From Patescibacteria group bacterium (GTDB lineage Bacteria > Patescibacteriota > Patescibacteriia > UBA2591 > UBA6264), in the NCBI GenBank assembly GCA_016784145.1, contig JADHVF010000003.1, positions 22,048 to 86,047 of the forward strand: a stretch of 64,000 nucleotides of DNA. The letters are read 5' to 3'. The position numbers and the translations under genes are program-made. The notes beneath the pieces were generated by a model, which had not been told where the DNA came from, did not search any database, and saw only the letters and a list, made by a program, of their open reading frames with translations. This document shows positions 1-10,342 of the stretch, one piece after another (the first letter of the stretch is position 1; each line of letters opens with the position of its first letter).

Positions 1-972
1 CAACCAGGTGGTTGTAAGCTTGGGCAAAGAACAATCAAACCACATTTTTTTGCCTTAGAAAAAATGGGGGTTAAAATTGAAGCAAGGCCAAAATCATATT
101 CAATTAGAAACAAACAATTAACTCCAGCTAAAATCGTGCTTTATGAATCAGGAGATACTGTTACTGAAAATGCCATCATGGCAGCCAGTCGAATAAAAGG
201 CAAGACAACTATCAAGCTTGCTTCAGCAAATTACCAAGTTCAAGATTTGTGTTATTTCTTAAAAAAACTAGGCATTAAAATAAATGGAATTGGAACAACC
301 ACTTTAACTATTTTCGGCAACCCAAACATTGATAAACAAATAAAATACAATCTTAGCGAGGACCCAATTGAATCAATGCTTTTTATTTCTATTGCTGCCA
401 CCACTAATTCCAGCTTAACAATAAAAAGATGCCCAATTGAATTTTTGGAATTAGAATTATTAAAATTAGATAAAATGGGTTTTAATTTCAAAATTTTAAA
501 AAAATATAAATCTAAAAATGGATTTACCAAATTAGTTGATTTAAAAACATTTCCATCAAAATTAAAGGCATTAGAAGAAAAAATTTATGCCAGACCTTTC
601 CCTGGACTAAATATTGACAACTTGCCCTTTTTTGTACCAATAGCAACTCAAGCCAAAGGAACAACCCTGATTCATGACTGGATATATGAAGGGCGAGCTT
701 TATATTATATTGAACTCTCTAAAATGAATGCAAATATTATATTAGCAGACCCACACAGAATTTATATAAAAGGACCTGTAAAATTAAAAGCCAGTGAAAT
801 CATTTGTCCGCCAGCCTTACGTCCTTCTGCAATTATCTTGATTGCCATGTTGCAAGCCAAGGGAAAATCAATACTACGAAACGTTATCTCGATTTTAAGA
901 GGATATGAATCCTTGGCCAATAGATTAAACAAAATAGGAGCAGACATTCAAATAATTAAAAAAAATGACTGA
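1..972 (+). CDS. murA: UDP-N-acetylglucosamine 1-carboxyvinyltransferase MurA, 5'-truncated at window edge
   Basis: Reading frame is open from nt 1. Translation QPGGCKLGQRTIKPH matches the MurA PGGCAIGARPVDLH motif. Downstream ENAIMAASRIKGKTTI matches the MurA/EPSP-synthase fold. Confidence 0.7.
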   Translation, partial: QPGGCKLGQRTIKPHFFALEKMGVKIEARPKSYSIRNKQLTPAKIVLYESGDTVTENAIMAASRIKGKTTIKLASANYQVQDLCYFLKKLGIKINGIGTTTLTIFGNPNIDKQIKYNLSEDPIESMLFISIAATTNSSLTIKRCPIEFLELELLKLDKMGFNFKILKKYKSKNGFTKLVDLKTFPSKLKALEEKIYARPFPGLNIDNLPFFVPIATQAKGTTLIHDWIYEGRALYYIELSKMNANIILADPHRIYIKGPVKLKASEIICPPALRPSAIILIAMLQAKGKSILRNVISILRGYESLANRLNKIGADIQIIKKND

Positions 973-1561
973 CATGCAAATAACTAGAGGTTATGGATTT
1001 TTAGAAAATTTTTTAGCCAAACAAAGAGAAGGAGTCGCCAATAAGTTAATTTTAAACAAATATCGGCAAGGCAGAATCTTGGATATTGGGTGTGGATTAT
1101 TTCCCCTTTTTTTAACAAATACAAAATTTAAAGAAAAATATGGCTTGGATAAAATTCATTCAAGAAAATTAGAAAAATCTGATGTCTTGTTAATAAATCA
1201 CGACATTAAACAAGAAAAAAAACTACCTTTTGAAGATAATTTTTTTGATGTTATAACAATGTTAGCCGTGATTGAACATTTTGAAAAAAAATATGCAACA
1301 TTTACATTAAAAGAAATTTATAGAATATTAAAGCCAGGCGGAACATACATTTTAACAACCCCTAATAAATGGACTCATTCATTGTTAAAAATAATGGCCC
1401 GATTAAAATTAATAAGCCAACAAGAAATAGACGAACATATATCAAGATACAATCATAATGATGTTAAAAATATTCTTACTCAAGCAGGATTTGAAAGAAA
1501 AAAAATTCAATTAGGATATTTTGAATTTTTTATGAATATCTGGGGAAAAACAATTAAATAA
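965..1561 (+). CDS. class I SAM-dependent methyltransferase (type 11-like)
   Basis: ILDIGCGLFP glycine-rich SAM motif and LKPGGTYILTTPN motif. Start overlaps murA stop. Confidence 0.55.
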   Translation: MTDMQITRGYGFLENFLAKQREGVANKLILNKYRQGRILDIGCGLFPLFLTNTKFKEKYGLDKIHSRKLEKSDVLLINHDIKQEKKLPFEDNFFDVITMLAVIEHFEKKYATFTLKEIYRILKPGGTYILTTPNKWTHSLLKIMARLKLISQQEIDEHISRYNHNDVKNILTQAGFERKKIQLGYFEFFMNIWGKTIK

Positions 1562-1565
1562 ATAT

Positions 1566-3152
1566 TTAATTATATGTTATCTTGAAATTACTCTGGGGGA
1601 TTTCATATTTATCAATAACCTTTTTATTAAGGTTATTTTTTCTTAAAAAAATAATAATATTGCTATCAACAAAAACAGGCGCCCATTGTGAATCATTAAT
1701 TCTTGAAATTAAAAATTTTTGTGCCCAAGGAGTAATATCCCTGCGAAAGAAAAAAATTGAATTAAAATCATACAAAGATAATTTTGCTTGCCAGGTTGCT
1801 TCATCTGATTGCATTGGAATATAAGTATCTTGAAAAAATTTATTAGGATAAGATGCCGGCCTGTTATCAACAAAAACTTTTTCAATTGGATATAAATGAT
1901 AAATTAAATATCCGCCAACATCATAATTATTAAAAATAGGCCCTTTTAGATTGTTTTTATTCCAGAAATCTATGGAAGCATTATTGATTGACATTAGTCC
2001 AATCCCAAAATTATGTTGTTTGATTAAATTATAATTACCAACCAGCAAACAAAGTATTATTATTAAAAATATTATATTCAAAACAATTGATTGAAGCTGT
2101 TTAGATATTTTCTTAAAGTAAAAAACACTACCTCCTATATTAAAAGCAATCACTGGCAAGGCAAAAAAACCAAACAAAGATATGTTTCTATTCATTATCC
2201 ATGCCATGAAAGAAAAACCTAACATTAAGAAAAAGAGAGCCAGGGAAAATCTTTTTTTATTAAATATTAAAGCATATAAAAAACTTAACAAAGCAACCAA
2301 AAATATTATCTTAAAAAACAAATACCCTTGCGTGCCAAAATATCTATCCATAAACCAGATTGACTGATTTTCAATAATTTTATAACCATAATTTGTAACC
2401 ATATAATAAAAGGGATGCCAAACTCCTTTATAAAAAAATGGATTTACGAATTGAGCCAAATAGCAAATTATAAATATAATTCCATATTTTTGCCTATTGC
2501 TTGCCAAAGTTATTCGCCATGTAGATAGAATTTTTGGCTTTTTTTTACTGCTTGGCAAAATTAACTCTTCTAACCAAAAAGCCAATACTATTAATGGCCC
2601 TAAAAAGAAAAACACATGTAAGTTGACCCATAATATTTGGAGAATAGGCAATAAAAAAAGTGTTTTATAAGAAATTCTACCTTGTCTATAATTAAGCAAT
2701 ATATATATAAATAAAATACTGAAAAGATAAGAAAAAACTTCTGGACGGACTTCTGTCCTGGTTACTAAAATTGGAATTATTAATAATGATAGAATTATTG
2801 TTAAAAAATTATTTGAATATTGACGAGCCAAGATAAAAGAAAATCCAAAAATTATTAATGATAAAATTAAATAAACAATTGATATTCCTGAAAATCCTGA
2901 AAGCTTATTAATCCAAAAAAATAAAACGCCAGTTGCCCAATGATGATTAATTGTTCGAACAGTTGGATTTGTATAAGAATAAAAACTAGTAGTCATAACT
3001 TGCTTGTTCCCCTCTAATACAAGCTCTCCGTTTTTTAGGTGACGACCAATATCTGAATTAGTCAGATTAATTGGAGTGGCCATTAAAAAACAATACCAGC
3101 CAAAAATTAAGAATATAAGCAAAAAAATTAAATATTTGGAAAATATATTCAT
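1566..3152 (-). CDS. polytopic membrane protein, possible GT-C-type glycosyltransferase
   Basis: 528 aa with more than 10 predicted hydrophobic helices followed by a C-terminal soluble domain. No specific family motif recognised. Confidence 0.3.
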   Translation of the reverse strand: MNIFSKYLIFLLIFLIFGWYCFLMATPINLTNSDIGRHLKNGELVLEGNKQVMTTSFYSYTNPTVRTINHHWATGVLFFWINKLSGFSGISIVYLILSLIIFGFSFILARQYSNNFLTIILSLLIIPILVTRTEVRPEVFSYLFSILFIYILLNYRQGRISYKTLFLLPILQILWVNLHVFFFLGPLIVLAFWLEELILPSSKKKPKILSTWRITLASNRQKYGIIFIICYLAQFVNPFFYKGVWHPFYYMVTNYGYKIIENQSIWFMDRYFGTQGYLFFKIIFLVALLSFLYALIFNKKRFSLALFFLMLGFSFMAWIMNRNISLFGFFALPVIAFNIGGSVFYFKKISKQLQSIVLNIIFLIIILCLLVGNYNLIKQHNFGIGLMSINNASIDFWNKNNLKGPIFNNYDVGGYLIYHLYPIEKVFVDNRPASYPNKFFQDTYIPMQSDEATWQAKLSLYDFNSIFFFRRDITPWAQKFLISRINDSQWAPVFVDSNIIIFLRKNNLNKKVIDKYEIPQSNFKITYN

Positions 3153-3216
3153 ACATTATATTTTATTATGTTTTTTTAATATTGCCAACACATAATATGG
3201 TGTTATAATAATTAAT

Positions 3217-3774
3217 ATGATAAAAGATAAGATCCCGGGAGGTAAAAAATTAATTGATGCAAAAACTCTCTTAGAAAAAACAGGCATTGGTAAAAAAATG
3301 TCTGTAGCAGATCTTGGCTGTGGGAGAAGAGGACACTTTTCTCTTCAATCAGCTAAATTGGTTGGCCCCCAAGGAGTTGTTTATGCCATTGATATTGTAA
3401 AAGACGCTTTAGCTAGCGTAGAGGGAGCTTCTAAGGTTTTTGGCGTAATGAATCTAAAAACAATTTGGGCTGATTTAGAAATTTACGGCTCAACAAAATT
3501 AAAAGATGATTCCATTGATTTAGTTATATTAAATAATGTATTATTCCAGACAACCAAAGAAAAAGAGATAATAAAAGAAGGTATAAGAATATTAAAAAAA
3601 ACAGGCAAATTTTTAATTGTTGACTGGAAAAAATCATCAACCCTTTTCGGGCCTCCAATGGAAAATAGAGTTAGTATTGATGAAATAAAACAAACTACAA
3701 GAGAAGTCGGATTAAAATTAGTTAAAGAATTTACAGCCGGACCAAGTCACTACGCCTTGATATTCAAAAAATAA
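3217..3774 (+). CDS. class I SAM-dependent methyltransferase
   Basis: DLGCGRRGHF SAM-binding motif I. Motif II-like VILNNVL. Confidence 0.5.
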   Translation: MIKDKIPGGKKLIDAKTLLEKTGIGKKMSVADLGCGRRGHFSLQSAKLVGPQGVVYAIDIVKDALASVEGASKVFGVMNLKTIWADLEIYGSTKLKDDSIDLVILNNVLFQTTKEKEIIKEGIRILKKTGKFLIVDWKKSSTLFGPPMENRVSIDEIKQTTREVGLKLVKEFTAGPSHYALIFKK

Positions 3775-3958
3775 CCTACTTAGGATTGCTTGGGATTTGG
3801 GCTCCAAGTATTAATAACTGATGTTTGTATGACCTCTGCTTTTTTAGAAAAGAAGAGGATTTGTATTTAGAAGACCATTGGGAAACCAGGGAAAATATTT
3901 AATAATTAAAATACTTATTTTTTGCCGAACAAGAAGCAAGGCCTCTTGATGTCAAGTA

Positions 3959-3987
3959 TTGACAAAAACAAAAAAATTTGCTACCAT
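3959..3987 (+). promoter_or_regulatory. sigma70-like promoter (TTGACA-17-TACCAT) for small membrane protein gene
   Basis: Exact TTGACA at 3959-3964, 17-nt spacer, weak -10 TACCAT. AAGGAGG SD at 4004-4010. Confidence 0.35.
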
Positions 3988-4016
3988 ATATATACAATCT
4001 AAAAAAGGAGGATACT

Positions 4017-4244
4017 TTGAAAAAATATACTGCAAGAAGAAAAATGATTCACAGAATCATATCCGGGCCATTATTTATGGCTATTGGGACATATCTCGTG
4101 TTTCAAACAAGCGGGGCTGGTTCAACTCCCGGAGAAATAGTTGTCTCCACGATATTATTCCCTGTCTGGTTATTTGGAATAGCAATGACAACATTCGGCA
4201 TTTATGTCCTTTTTCTTCCATTAATCAGGAAATACGATTTATAA
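4017..4244 (+). CDS. small two-helix membrane protein (hypothetical)
   Basis: ORF track starts at TTG 3978. AAGGAGG at 4004-4010 favours TTG 4017 or ATG 4044 as the real start. Two hydrophobic helices. Confidence 0.4.
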   Translation: MKKYTARRKMIHRIISGPLFMAIGTYLVFQTSGAGSTPGEIVVSTILFPVWLFGIAMTTFGIYVLFLPLIRKYDL

Positions 4245-4256
4245 AACAAAGTAAAC

Positions 4257-4285
4257 AAAAGCCGGCTAATTAAAGCCGGCTTTTC
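4257..4285 (+). terminator. rho-independent terminator
   Basis: AAAGCCGGCT-aatta-AAGCCGGCTTTT hairpin with T-run. Confidence 0.55.
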
Positions 4286-4334
4286 CCTTGTTTAAAATAA
4301 TAAGACACAAAACAACCTTTAATTAAACTTGCCA

Positions 4335-4523
4335 CCAAGTAGGCCCTACTTAGAGGCCTTTACCTCACTTAGAGGCCTTGCCCCTAAGTAGATATTGAGC
4401 ACGAATCTTACTGAGGGTTTTACTTAGAGGCCTTGCCCCTAAGTAGGGTAGAAATCAATAATCAGTAATCAATAATCAACAACCTCGCTGAGGGTTTTAC
4501 TTAGAGGCCTTGCCCCTAAGTAG
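4335..4523. repeat. cluster A of GC-rich palindromic repeat (core ACTTAGAGGCCTTGCCCCTAAGTAG) with degenerate copies and an ATCAATA heptad tract
   Basis: Exact cores at 4368-4391, 4422-4446 and 4499-4523. Partial copies at 4335-4359 and 4411-4420. Heptads at 4449-4481. Confidence 0.8.
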
Positions 4524-4546
4524 ATATTGAGCACAAATATCATGTA

Positions 4547-4575
4547 TTGACAACCGAAGAAGAATTTGTTATTAT
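4547..4575 (+). promoter_or_regulatory. sigma70-like promoter TTGACA-17-TATTAT
   Basis: TTGACA 4547-4552, 17-nt spacer, TATTAT 4570-4575. AAGGAGGA SD about 9 nt upstream of ATG 4620. Confidence 0.45.
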
Positions 4576-4619
4576 ATTATACACTAAATTATTTAACATA
4601 AAAAAGGAGGATAGAATAA

Positions 4620-4880
4620 ATGGATTCAATTAGCTTTATTGAAAACGGATTAAAAATAGAATTCTCAATCGAAAAATTGCCAACCATTAATCACAAGATT
4701 AATGAAAAAATTAGTAAGACAATTTTAGAAAAAATGGGAAAAGCAATTGAAAAAAACGCTTCCATAGGAATAATAGAAGAATATACCAAAATCATTAAGG
4801 AAAAATTTCCTAACAAAATAAATGATTTTGATAAAATATTACACTATTCCATGGATAATCTAAAAAAAAGCCAACTTTAA
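4620..4880 (+). CDS. hypothetical small protein (86 aa)
   Basis: ORF with strong SD. Hairpin overlapping stop codon (AAGCCAACT/AGTTGGCTT 4868-4891). Confidence 0.4.
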   Translation: MDSISFIENGLKIEFSIEKLPTINHKINEKISKTILEKMGKAIEKNASIGIIEEYTKIIKEKFPNKINDFDKILHYSMDNLKKSQL

Positions 4881-4988
4881 TTAGTTGGCTTTATCCTTGC
4901 TTTTTTAAAAAAAAACTTTATAATATTATTATAACTAACCCATTATAAATAGGTTAGTTATTTGCTAAATTATTAATCTTAAAAAAAA

Positions 4989-6299
4989 ATGATAGAAAAC
5001 ATTTTACTAGCAATTGAACAAATTTCCGAAGAAAAAGGAATTAAAAAAGAACAAGTTCTAGAAGCAATCGAGCAAGCTTTGGCCGCTGCCTATAGAAAAG
5101 ACTTTGGGAATAAATTGCAAAACATAAAAATAGAATTTGACCCAGAATCTGGAAAAATGAAGGCCTTTGATGAAAAGACAGTAGTTAAAGATGCAGAAGA
5201 AAATGATGATGAAGAAGAAGAGGAAGAGAAGAATGCTGAAACAAAAGAAGAAGAAGGAGAACCAATAAAAAGATTTAACCCAAAAACTGAAATCTATTTA
5301 TCTGATGCAATTAAAATTAAAGCAAAAGCAATCATAGATGACATCATTAAAATGCCATTAGAAATTCCTTCTAATTTTGGCCGAATAGCTGCCCAAACTG
5401 CCAAACAAGTAATAATCCAACGATTAAGAGAAACTGAAAGAGAAGTTATATATGAAAGATTTAAAGAAAAAGCAGGAACAATTATAAGCGGGGTTGTTCA
5501 AAGAATAGAAAGACAAGCCATATTTGTTGATGTAGAAAATACAGTTGCGAAAATGCCTTATGAAGAGCAAGTTAAAGAAGAAAAATATTTTTTAGAACAA
5601 AAACTTAAATTTTATATTGTTAATGTTTCAATGACACCAAAAGGACCTGAAATAATTATATCTAGAAAACATCCAGACATTTTGAAAGAATTATTTATTT
5701 CAGAAATTCCCGAAATAGGAAATAATTTAATAAAAATAGAAGCAATTGCCAGAGAACCTGGGTCAAGAGCAAAAATAGCTGTCTGGACAAAAGAAAAATC
5801 AATCGACCCAATAGGAGCTTGTATTGGCCAACGAGGAAGTAGGATTCAAACAATTATAAATGAAGTTGGCGGAGAAAAAATAGACATTGTTGAATTTGAT
5901 AAAGATATTGAAAAATACATAGCCAATTCTCTTTCTCCAGCCAAAATATCGTCAATTAAACTAAAGAAAAAAGAAAAAATAGCTATTGTCAGAGTAAAAA
6001 AAGACCAACTCTCTTTAGCCATAGGAAAATTTGGACAAAATGTTCGTTTAGCGTCAAGGTTAACTGAATGGAAAATTAGCATTGAAGAAGAAGCAACAAA
6101 AGAATCACTAGATGACAAACAAACAAAAGACAAGGATGCTCCAGAAGAAACAGTCACAACCAAAGATAAAATTGAAAACGAGCAAAAGGTAGTCGAAACT
6201 AAATCTACTAAAAGCAAGGCCGGGGGAAAGAAAAAACTTACTGACAAGAAAAAAACCTCTAAAAATACAAAGAAAACCAAAGAAAAAGAGAAAGAATAA
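4989..6299 (+). CDS. nusA: transcription termination/antitermination factor NusA
   Basis: N-terminal IENILLAIEQISEEKGI...EAIEQALAAAYRK, S1 domain, tandem KH domains. Acidic insert and lysine-rich C-terminal tail. Confidence 0.8.
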   Translation: MIENILLAIEQISEEKGIKKEQVLEAIEQALAAAYRKDFGNKLQNIKIEFDPESGKMKAFDEKTVVKDAEENDDEEEEEEKNAETKEEEGEPIKRFNPKTEIYLSDAIKIKAKAIIDDIIKMPLEIPSNFGRIAAQTAKQVIIQRLRETEREVIYERFKEKAGTIISGVVQRIERQAIFVDVENTVAKMPYEEQVKEEKYFLEQKLKFYIVNVSMTPKGPEIIISRKHPDILKELFISEIPEIGNNLIKIEAIAREPGSRAKIAVWTKEKSIDPIGACIGQRGSRIQTIINEVGGEKIDIVEFDKDIEKYIANSLSPAKISSIKLKKKEKIAIVRVKKDQLSLAIGKFGQNVRLASRLTEWKISIEEEATKESLDDKQTKDKDAPEETVTTKDKIENEQKVVETKSTKSKAGGKKKLTDKKKTSKNTKKTKEKEKE

Positions 6300-6387
6300 T
6301 TAATTAACATTGTGCTCGCTGAGAACCATGGGCAAGATGGGTGTAAAAAAAATATTAATTATTGATTATTAAAATAAATTAAATTAT

Positions 6388-8343
6388 ATGCTTTATTTTT
6401 CTATTGTTATTTCTATGCTAGGGCTTTTAATCGCTTTTTATTTAGCAAATAAAATAAAAAGAATAAATACAAATAGCCATTCAGCCGAGCAAATAGCAGA
6501 ATTAATAAAAAATGGAGCAATGTCTTTTTTAAAAGAAGAATATAGAGTTTTAAAAATATCTGTAATCATCGTATTTTTCCTCCTCTTTATTTTTTTATCA
6601 ATCAAAATAGCCATTACATTTATTTTTGGAGCTATTTTAGCCGCCTTGTCTGGAAACATTGGCATGCGGATTGCAACTATTGCCAACATACGAACAGCTG
6701 AAGCAGTGCAATCAAAAATAATTCCTGGACTTAAAATAGCCTTTAATTCTGGCACTGTAATGGGGCTAACAACTGCTTGTTTTGGATTAACTGGAATAAG
6801 TATTTTTTATATTATTTTTCAAGACATCCAAATTATTTATGGATTTGGATTAGGAGCATCTTTGGTGGCATTATTTGCCAGAGTAGGTGGAGGAATATAT
6901 ACCAAAGCAGCTGATGTTGGGGCAGATTTAGCTGGCAAAATTGAAGCAAGTATTCCGGAAGACGATCCCAGAAATCCAGCTATAATCGCGGACAATGTTG
7001 GCGATAACGTAGGAGATGTGGCTGGCATGGGGGCTGACTTATTTGAAAGTTATGTTAATTCCTTGATTGCCAGCATGGCTTTGGGTATGATTGGAATTCA
7101 ACTTATAGGAAAAAATATTATATTTATTCCGCTAACAATAGCTGCCATTGGAATAATCTCTAGTTTGATTGGGTATTTAACTGTTTATTTTTCAAAATCA
7201 AGCAAACCAGCCAAAATACTTGATAAAACAATATGGGCTTCTTCTGTTTCGACAATAATTGGTTCTCTTATATTTTTAAAAATATTTTCTTTCGATATAA
7301 AAATTTTAGGTGCAATTATTGCTGGTCTTGTTTGTGGAGTAATAATCGGAGCAACTACCCAATATTTTACATCAAATAAATATAGTCCTACAAAAAACTT
7401 GGCCAAAGCATCTATTACGGGAGCTGGTACAAATATTATTTCTGGAATATCATTGGGAATGAAAAGCACATTAATTCCAATGTTAGCAATTTCAGCTACA
7501 ATTTTAATTTCTCATAAAATTGCAGGTGTCTATGGAGTCAGTCTAGCGGCTATTGGAATGCTATCAATATTAACAACAATTATTGCCATTGATGCCTATG
7601 GGTCTATCTCTGACAATGCAGCTGGCATTGCTGAAATGGCTAAAATGGGGAAATCAACCAGAAAAAATGCTGAAAGATTAGATTCAATTGGAAATACAAC
7701 CGCAGCTATTGGGAAAGGGTTTGCCATTGGCTCGGCAGCATTGACTGCCATTGTCTTGTTAACTAGCTATCTTCAATCAATACAAGTAAAAATTATTGAT
7801 TTAAATAGGCCAGAAATTATTGTTGGACTATTTATTGGTGGATTAATGCCATTTTTATTCTCATCCATTACAATGCAAGCTGTTAGCAAAACTGCTGAAA
7901 AAATTGTTCAAGAAGTGCGCAGGCAATTCAAAGAAATAAAAGGGCTAATCCAAGGAGAAACAAAGCCTGATTATCAAAAATGTATTACAATATCAACCAA
8001 TGCTGCTTTAGGCAAAATGGTTCTGCCTAGCATAATAACAATTATAGCTCCCATTCTTATTGGGATAGTCCTTGGCAAGCAAGCATTAGGAGGATTTCTT
8101 GTTGGAGCAATTTTAGTTGGGTTCTTGTTGGCCGTAATGATGGCCAATTCAGGCGGGGCATGGGATAATGCTAAAAAATATATTGAGCAAGGAAATCTAG
8201 GAGGCAAGGGTTCTGATGCTCACAAGTCATCCATTATCGGAGATACTGTAGGAGACCCTTTTAAAGATACGGCTGGGCCAAGCTTGAACATTCTTATCAA
8301 GTTAATGTCAATTGTATCTTTAATTATTGCTCCATTATTATAA
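6388..8343 (+). CDS. hppA: membrane-bound H+(or Na+)-translocating pyrophosphatase
   Basis: [49 protein letters not shown] signature motifs. About 15 predicted TM helices. Confidence 0.9.
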   Translation: MLYFSIVISMLGLLIAFYLANKIKRINTNSHSAEQIAELIKNGAMSFLKEEYRVLKISVIIVFFLLFIFLSIKIAITFIFGAILAALSGNIGMRIATIANIRTAEAVQSKIIPGLKIAFNSGTVMGLTTACFGLTGISIFYIIFQDIQIIYGFGLGASLVALFARVGGGIYTKAADVGADLAGKIEASIPEDDPRNPAIIADNVGDNVGDVAGMGADLFESYVNSLIASMALGMIGIQLIGKNIIFIPLTIAAIGIISSLIGYLTVYFSKSSKPAKILDKTIWASSVSTIIGSLIFLKIFSFDIKILGAIIAGLVCGVIIGATTQYFTSNKYSPTKNLAKASITGAGTNIISGISLGMKSTLIPMLAISATILISHKIAGVYGVSLAAIGMLSILTTIIAIDAYGSISDNAAGIAEMAKMGKSTRKNAERLDSIGNTTAAIGKGFAIGSAALTAIVLLTSYLQSIQVKIIDLNRPEIIVGLFIGGLMPFLFSSITMQAVSKTAEKIVQEVRRQFKEIKGLIQGETKPDYQKCITISTNAALGKMVLPSIITIIAPILIGIVLGKQALGGFLVGAILVGFLLAVMMANSGGAWDNAKKYIEQGNLGGKGSDAHKSSIIGDTVGDPFKDTAGPSLNILIKLMSIVSLIIAPLL

Positions 8344-8365
8344 TAAATAAAAAAATAAACAAAAT

Positions 8366-9673
8366 ATGAATATTAAAAAAAACCAACTTGACCAAAGTTT
8401 AATTGAATTTATTGTAGAATTATCTACTTTAGAAATGGCTCCCTTTATAAAACAAGCAACAGCAGAGCTCTCAAAAGATATTGAAGTAGCTGGATTTCGT
8501 AAAGGAAAAGCTCCTGCCAATATTGTTCAGCAAGAAATTGGGGAAGATAAAATCTTGCAAGCCTCAGCAGAAAAAGCAATTAATCAAAAATATCCTGAAA
8601 TAATTGCTAAAGAAAAACTTCAACCAATTGATCAGCCAAAAATTGAAATTCAGAAAATAGCCAAAGATAATCCTCTTATTTTTAAAGTTATAGTTGCAAT
8701 CATCCCAAGTGTAAAAGTAGGAGATTATAAAAAAATTAAGATTAAACAAGAAGTTAAAGAAATAAAAAAACAAGACGTTGATAATGTTATTAAAGAGCTT
8801 CAAATGGCCAAGAAAAAAGAAATCCTTGTTCAAAGAAAAGCTAACAAGGGAGATAAAATAGAGGTTGATTTAAATCTTTTTATTGATAAAGTCCCAGTGG
8901 AAAACGGACAAGTTAAAAACTTTTCAACAATATTGGGAGGACAAGAACAAATTCCTGGCATATCCAAAAATCTTGAAGGATTAAAAAAGGGAGATAAAAA
9001 AGAATTTTCATTTAAATATCCTGATTCTCATTATGACAAAGTCCTGGCCGGGAAATTAGTAGATTTTAAAGCTGAAGTTAAAAATGTATATGAAATAGAA
9101 TTACCAAAACTTGATAATGATTTTGCCAAAGGATTAGGAAAATTTAAGACAGTTGAAGAATTAAAAAATAAAATTAAAGAGAATGTAGAGGCCGAACAAA
9201 AAAACAAACAATCTCAAAAAGCAGAAAAAGAAATATTAGAACAATTAGTTAAAATGTCTGAAATAGATAAAATCCCGACCATACTTGTTGATAAAGAAAC
9301 AGATAAAATGCTAGAAGAAATTAAAATGTCTATCAAAAATTATAATGACTTTTCTAATTTTGAGGATTATTTAAAAAATATCAAAAAAACAGAAGAACAA
9401 TTAAAAAAAGAACTTGGTCAAAGCGCTGAGCAAAGAGTAAAAACCTCTTTATGTATAAGGCAACTAGCAATTGATGAAAAAATAACAATTTCTGACAAAG
9501 AAGTGAAAGCTGAAATCGAAAAAATCCAAGCAATGTATAAAATGCAAGGCCAAGGAGAAGAACAAATACAAGAGATGGTAAACAATCTTCAAACTACTAA
9601 TGGACAAATTTATATTAAAAATCTATTGACAAATCGTAAAATTATTGAAAAATTAAAAGAAGAAATATTATAA
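8366..9673 (+). CDS. tig: trigger factor
   Basis: GFRKGKAP ribosome-binding signature. 435 aa with FKBP-like middle region. Confidence 0.8.
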   Translation: MNIKKNQLDQSLIEFIVELSTLEMAPFIKQATAELSKDIEVAGFRKGKAPANIVQQEIGEDKILQASAEKAINQKYPEIIAKEKLQPIDQPKIEIQKIAKDNPLIFKVIVAIIPSVKVGDYKKIKIKQEVKEIKKQDVDNVIKELQMAKKKEILVQRKANKGDKIEVDLNLFIDKVPVENGQVKNFSTILGGQEQIPGISKNLEGLKKGDKKEFSFKYPDSHYDKVLAGKLVDFKAEVKNVYEIELPKLDNDFAKGLGKFKTVEELKNKIKENVEAEQKNKQSQKAEKEILEQLVKMSEIDKIPTILVDKETDKMLEEIKMSIKNYNDFSNFEDYLKNIKKTEEQLKKELGQSAEQRVKTSLCIRQLAIDEKITISDKEVKAEIEKIQAMYKMQGQGEEQIQEMVNNLQTTNGQIYIKNLLTNRKIIEKLKEEIL

Positions 9674-9678
9674 GTTTT

Positions 9679-9750
9679 GCGGGCGTCGTATAGTGGCTAT
9701 TATACGTCCTTGCCAAGGATGAGACGGCGGTTCAATTCCGCTCGCCCGCT
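9679..9750 (+). tRNA. tRNA-Gly (GCC)
   Basis: Cloverleaf with acceptor GCGGGCG/CGCCCGC, anticodon loop TTGCCAA, T-loop TTCAATT. Confidence 0.8.
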
Positions 9751-9810
9751 TTTTCAAGAATTTATGCACAAAGACTATTCCCTATTTCGGAAATATGTCT
9801 TTTTTTTTTA

Positions 9811-10067
9811 TTACCTCACTTAGAGGCCTTGCCCCTAAGTAGGGTACAAATCAATAATCAGTAATCAATAATCAACAACCTCACTGAGGGTTCTACTTAG
9901 AGTTTACTTAGAGGCCTTGCCCCTAAGTAGAGTATAAATCAATAATCAGTAATCAATAATCAACAACCTCACTTAGAGGCCTTGCCCCTAAGTAGAATAA
10001 TCAACAATCTCCCTTAGAGTTTTACTTAGAGGCCTTGCCCCTAAGTAGACTCACTTAGAGGCCTTGA
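9811..10067. repeat. cluster B of the GC-rich palindromic repeat
   Basis: Cores at 9818-9842, 9906-9930, 9971-9995, 10024-10048, truncated copy 10051-10067. Spacings 88/65/53. ATCAATA heptads interleaved. Confidence 0.8.
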
Positions 10068-10126
10068 TTATACTTAAGAGGTCCAGCCTCCAAGAAGAGG
10101 GTGGACCTCAATAAAATTACTAAAAA

Positions 10127-10209
10127 TGGGTGGGGCAGGATTCGAACCTACGAAGGTAATCACCGTCAGATTTACAGTCTGATGCATTTGGCCGCTTTGC
10201 TACCCACCC
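10127..10209 (-). tRNA. tRNA-Tyr (GTA), long variable arm
   Basis: Reverse complement folds with acceptor GGGTGGG, anticodon loop CTGTAAA, T-arm GTAGG-TTCGAAT-CCTGC. Confidence 0.8.
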
Positions 10210-10216
10210 GTAAATT

Positions 10217-10289
<73 letters not shown>

Positions 10290-10342
10290 CAGGGGGTCAG
10301 TCTCCCTTTAGAGAGGTCTAACCCCTGTGTATAATTATACTT

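Noticed and set aside
252-947. Minus-strand ORFs 252..530 and 762..947 inside murA
   Set aside because: Fully overlapped by murA, which has convincing homology. No independent support.
6438-8207. Antisense ORFs inside hppA (6438..6755, 6837..7028, 7185..7469, 7974..8207)
   Set aside because: They lie fully within a high-confidence CDS on the opposite strand, are Ala/Pro/Ile-rich mirror translations, and have no RBS.
9811-10067. Possible CRISPR array (regularly recurring 25-nt repeat)
   Set aside because: Repeat spacings are irregular (32-89 bp). The spacers are degenerate copies of the repeat plus heptad microsatellites rather than unique sequences. No cas genes are present in the window. 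All four clusters behave the same way.
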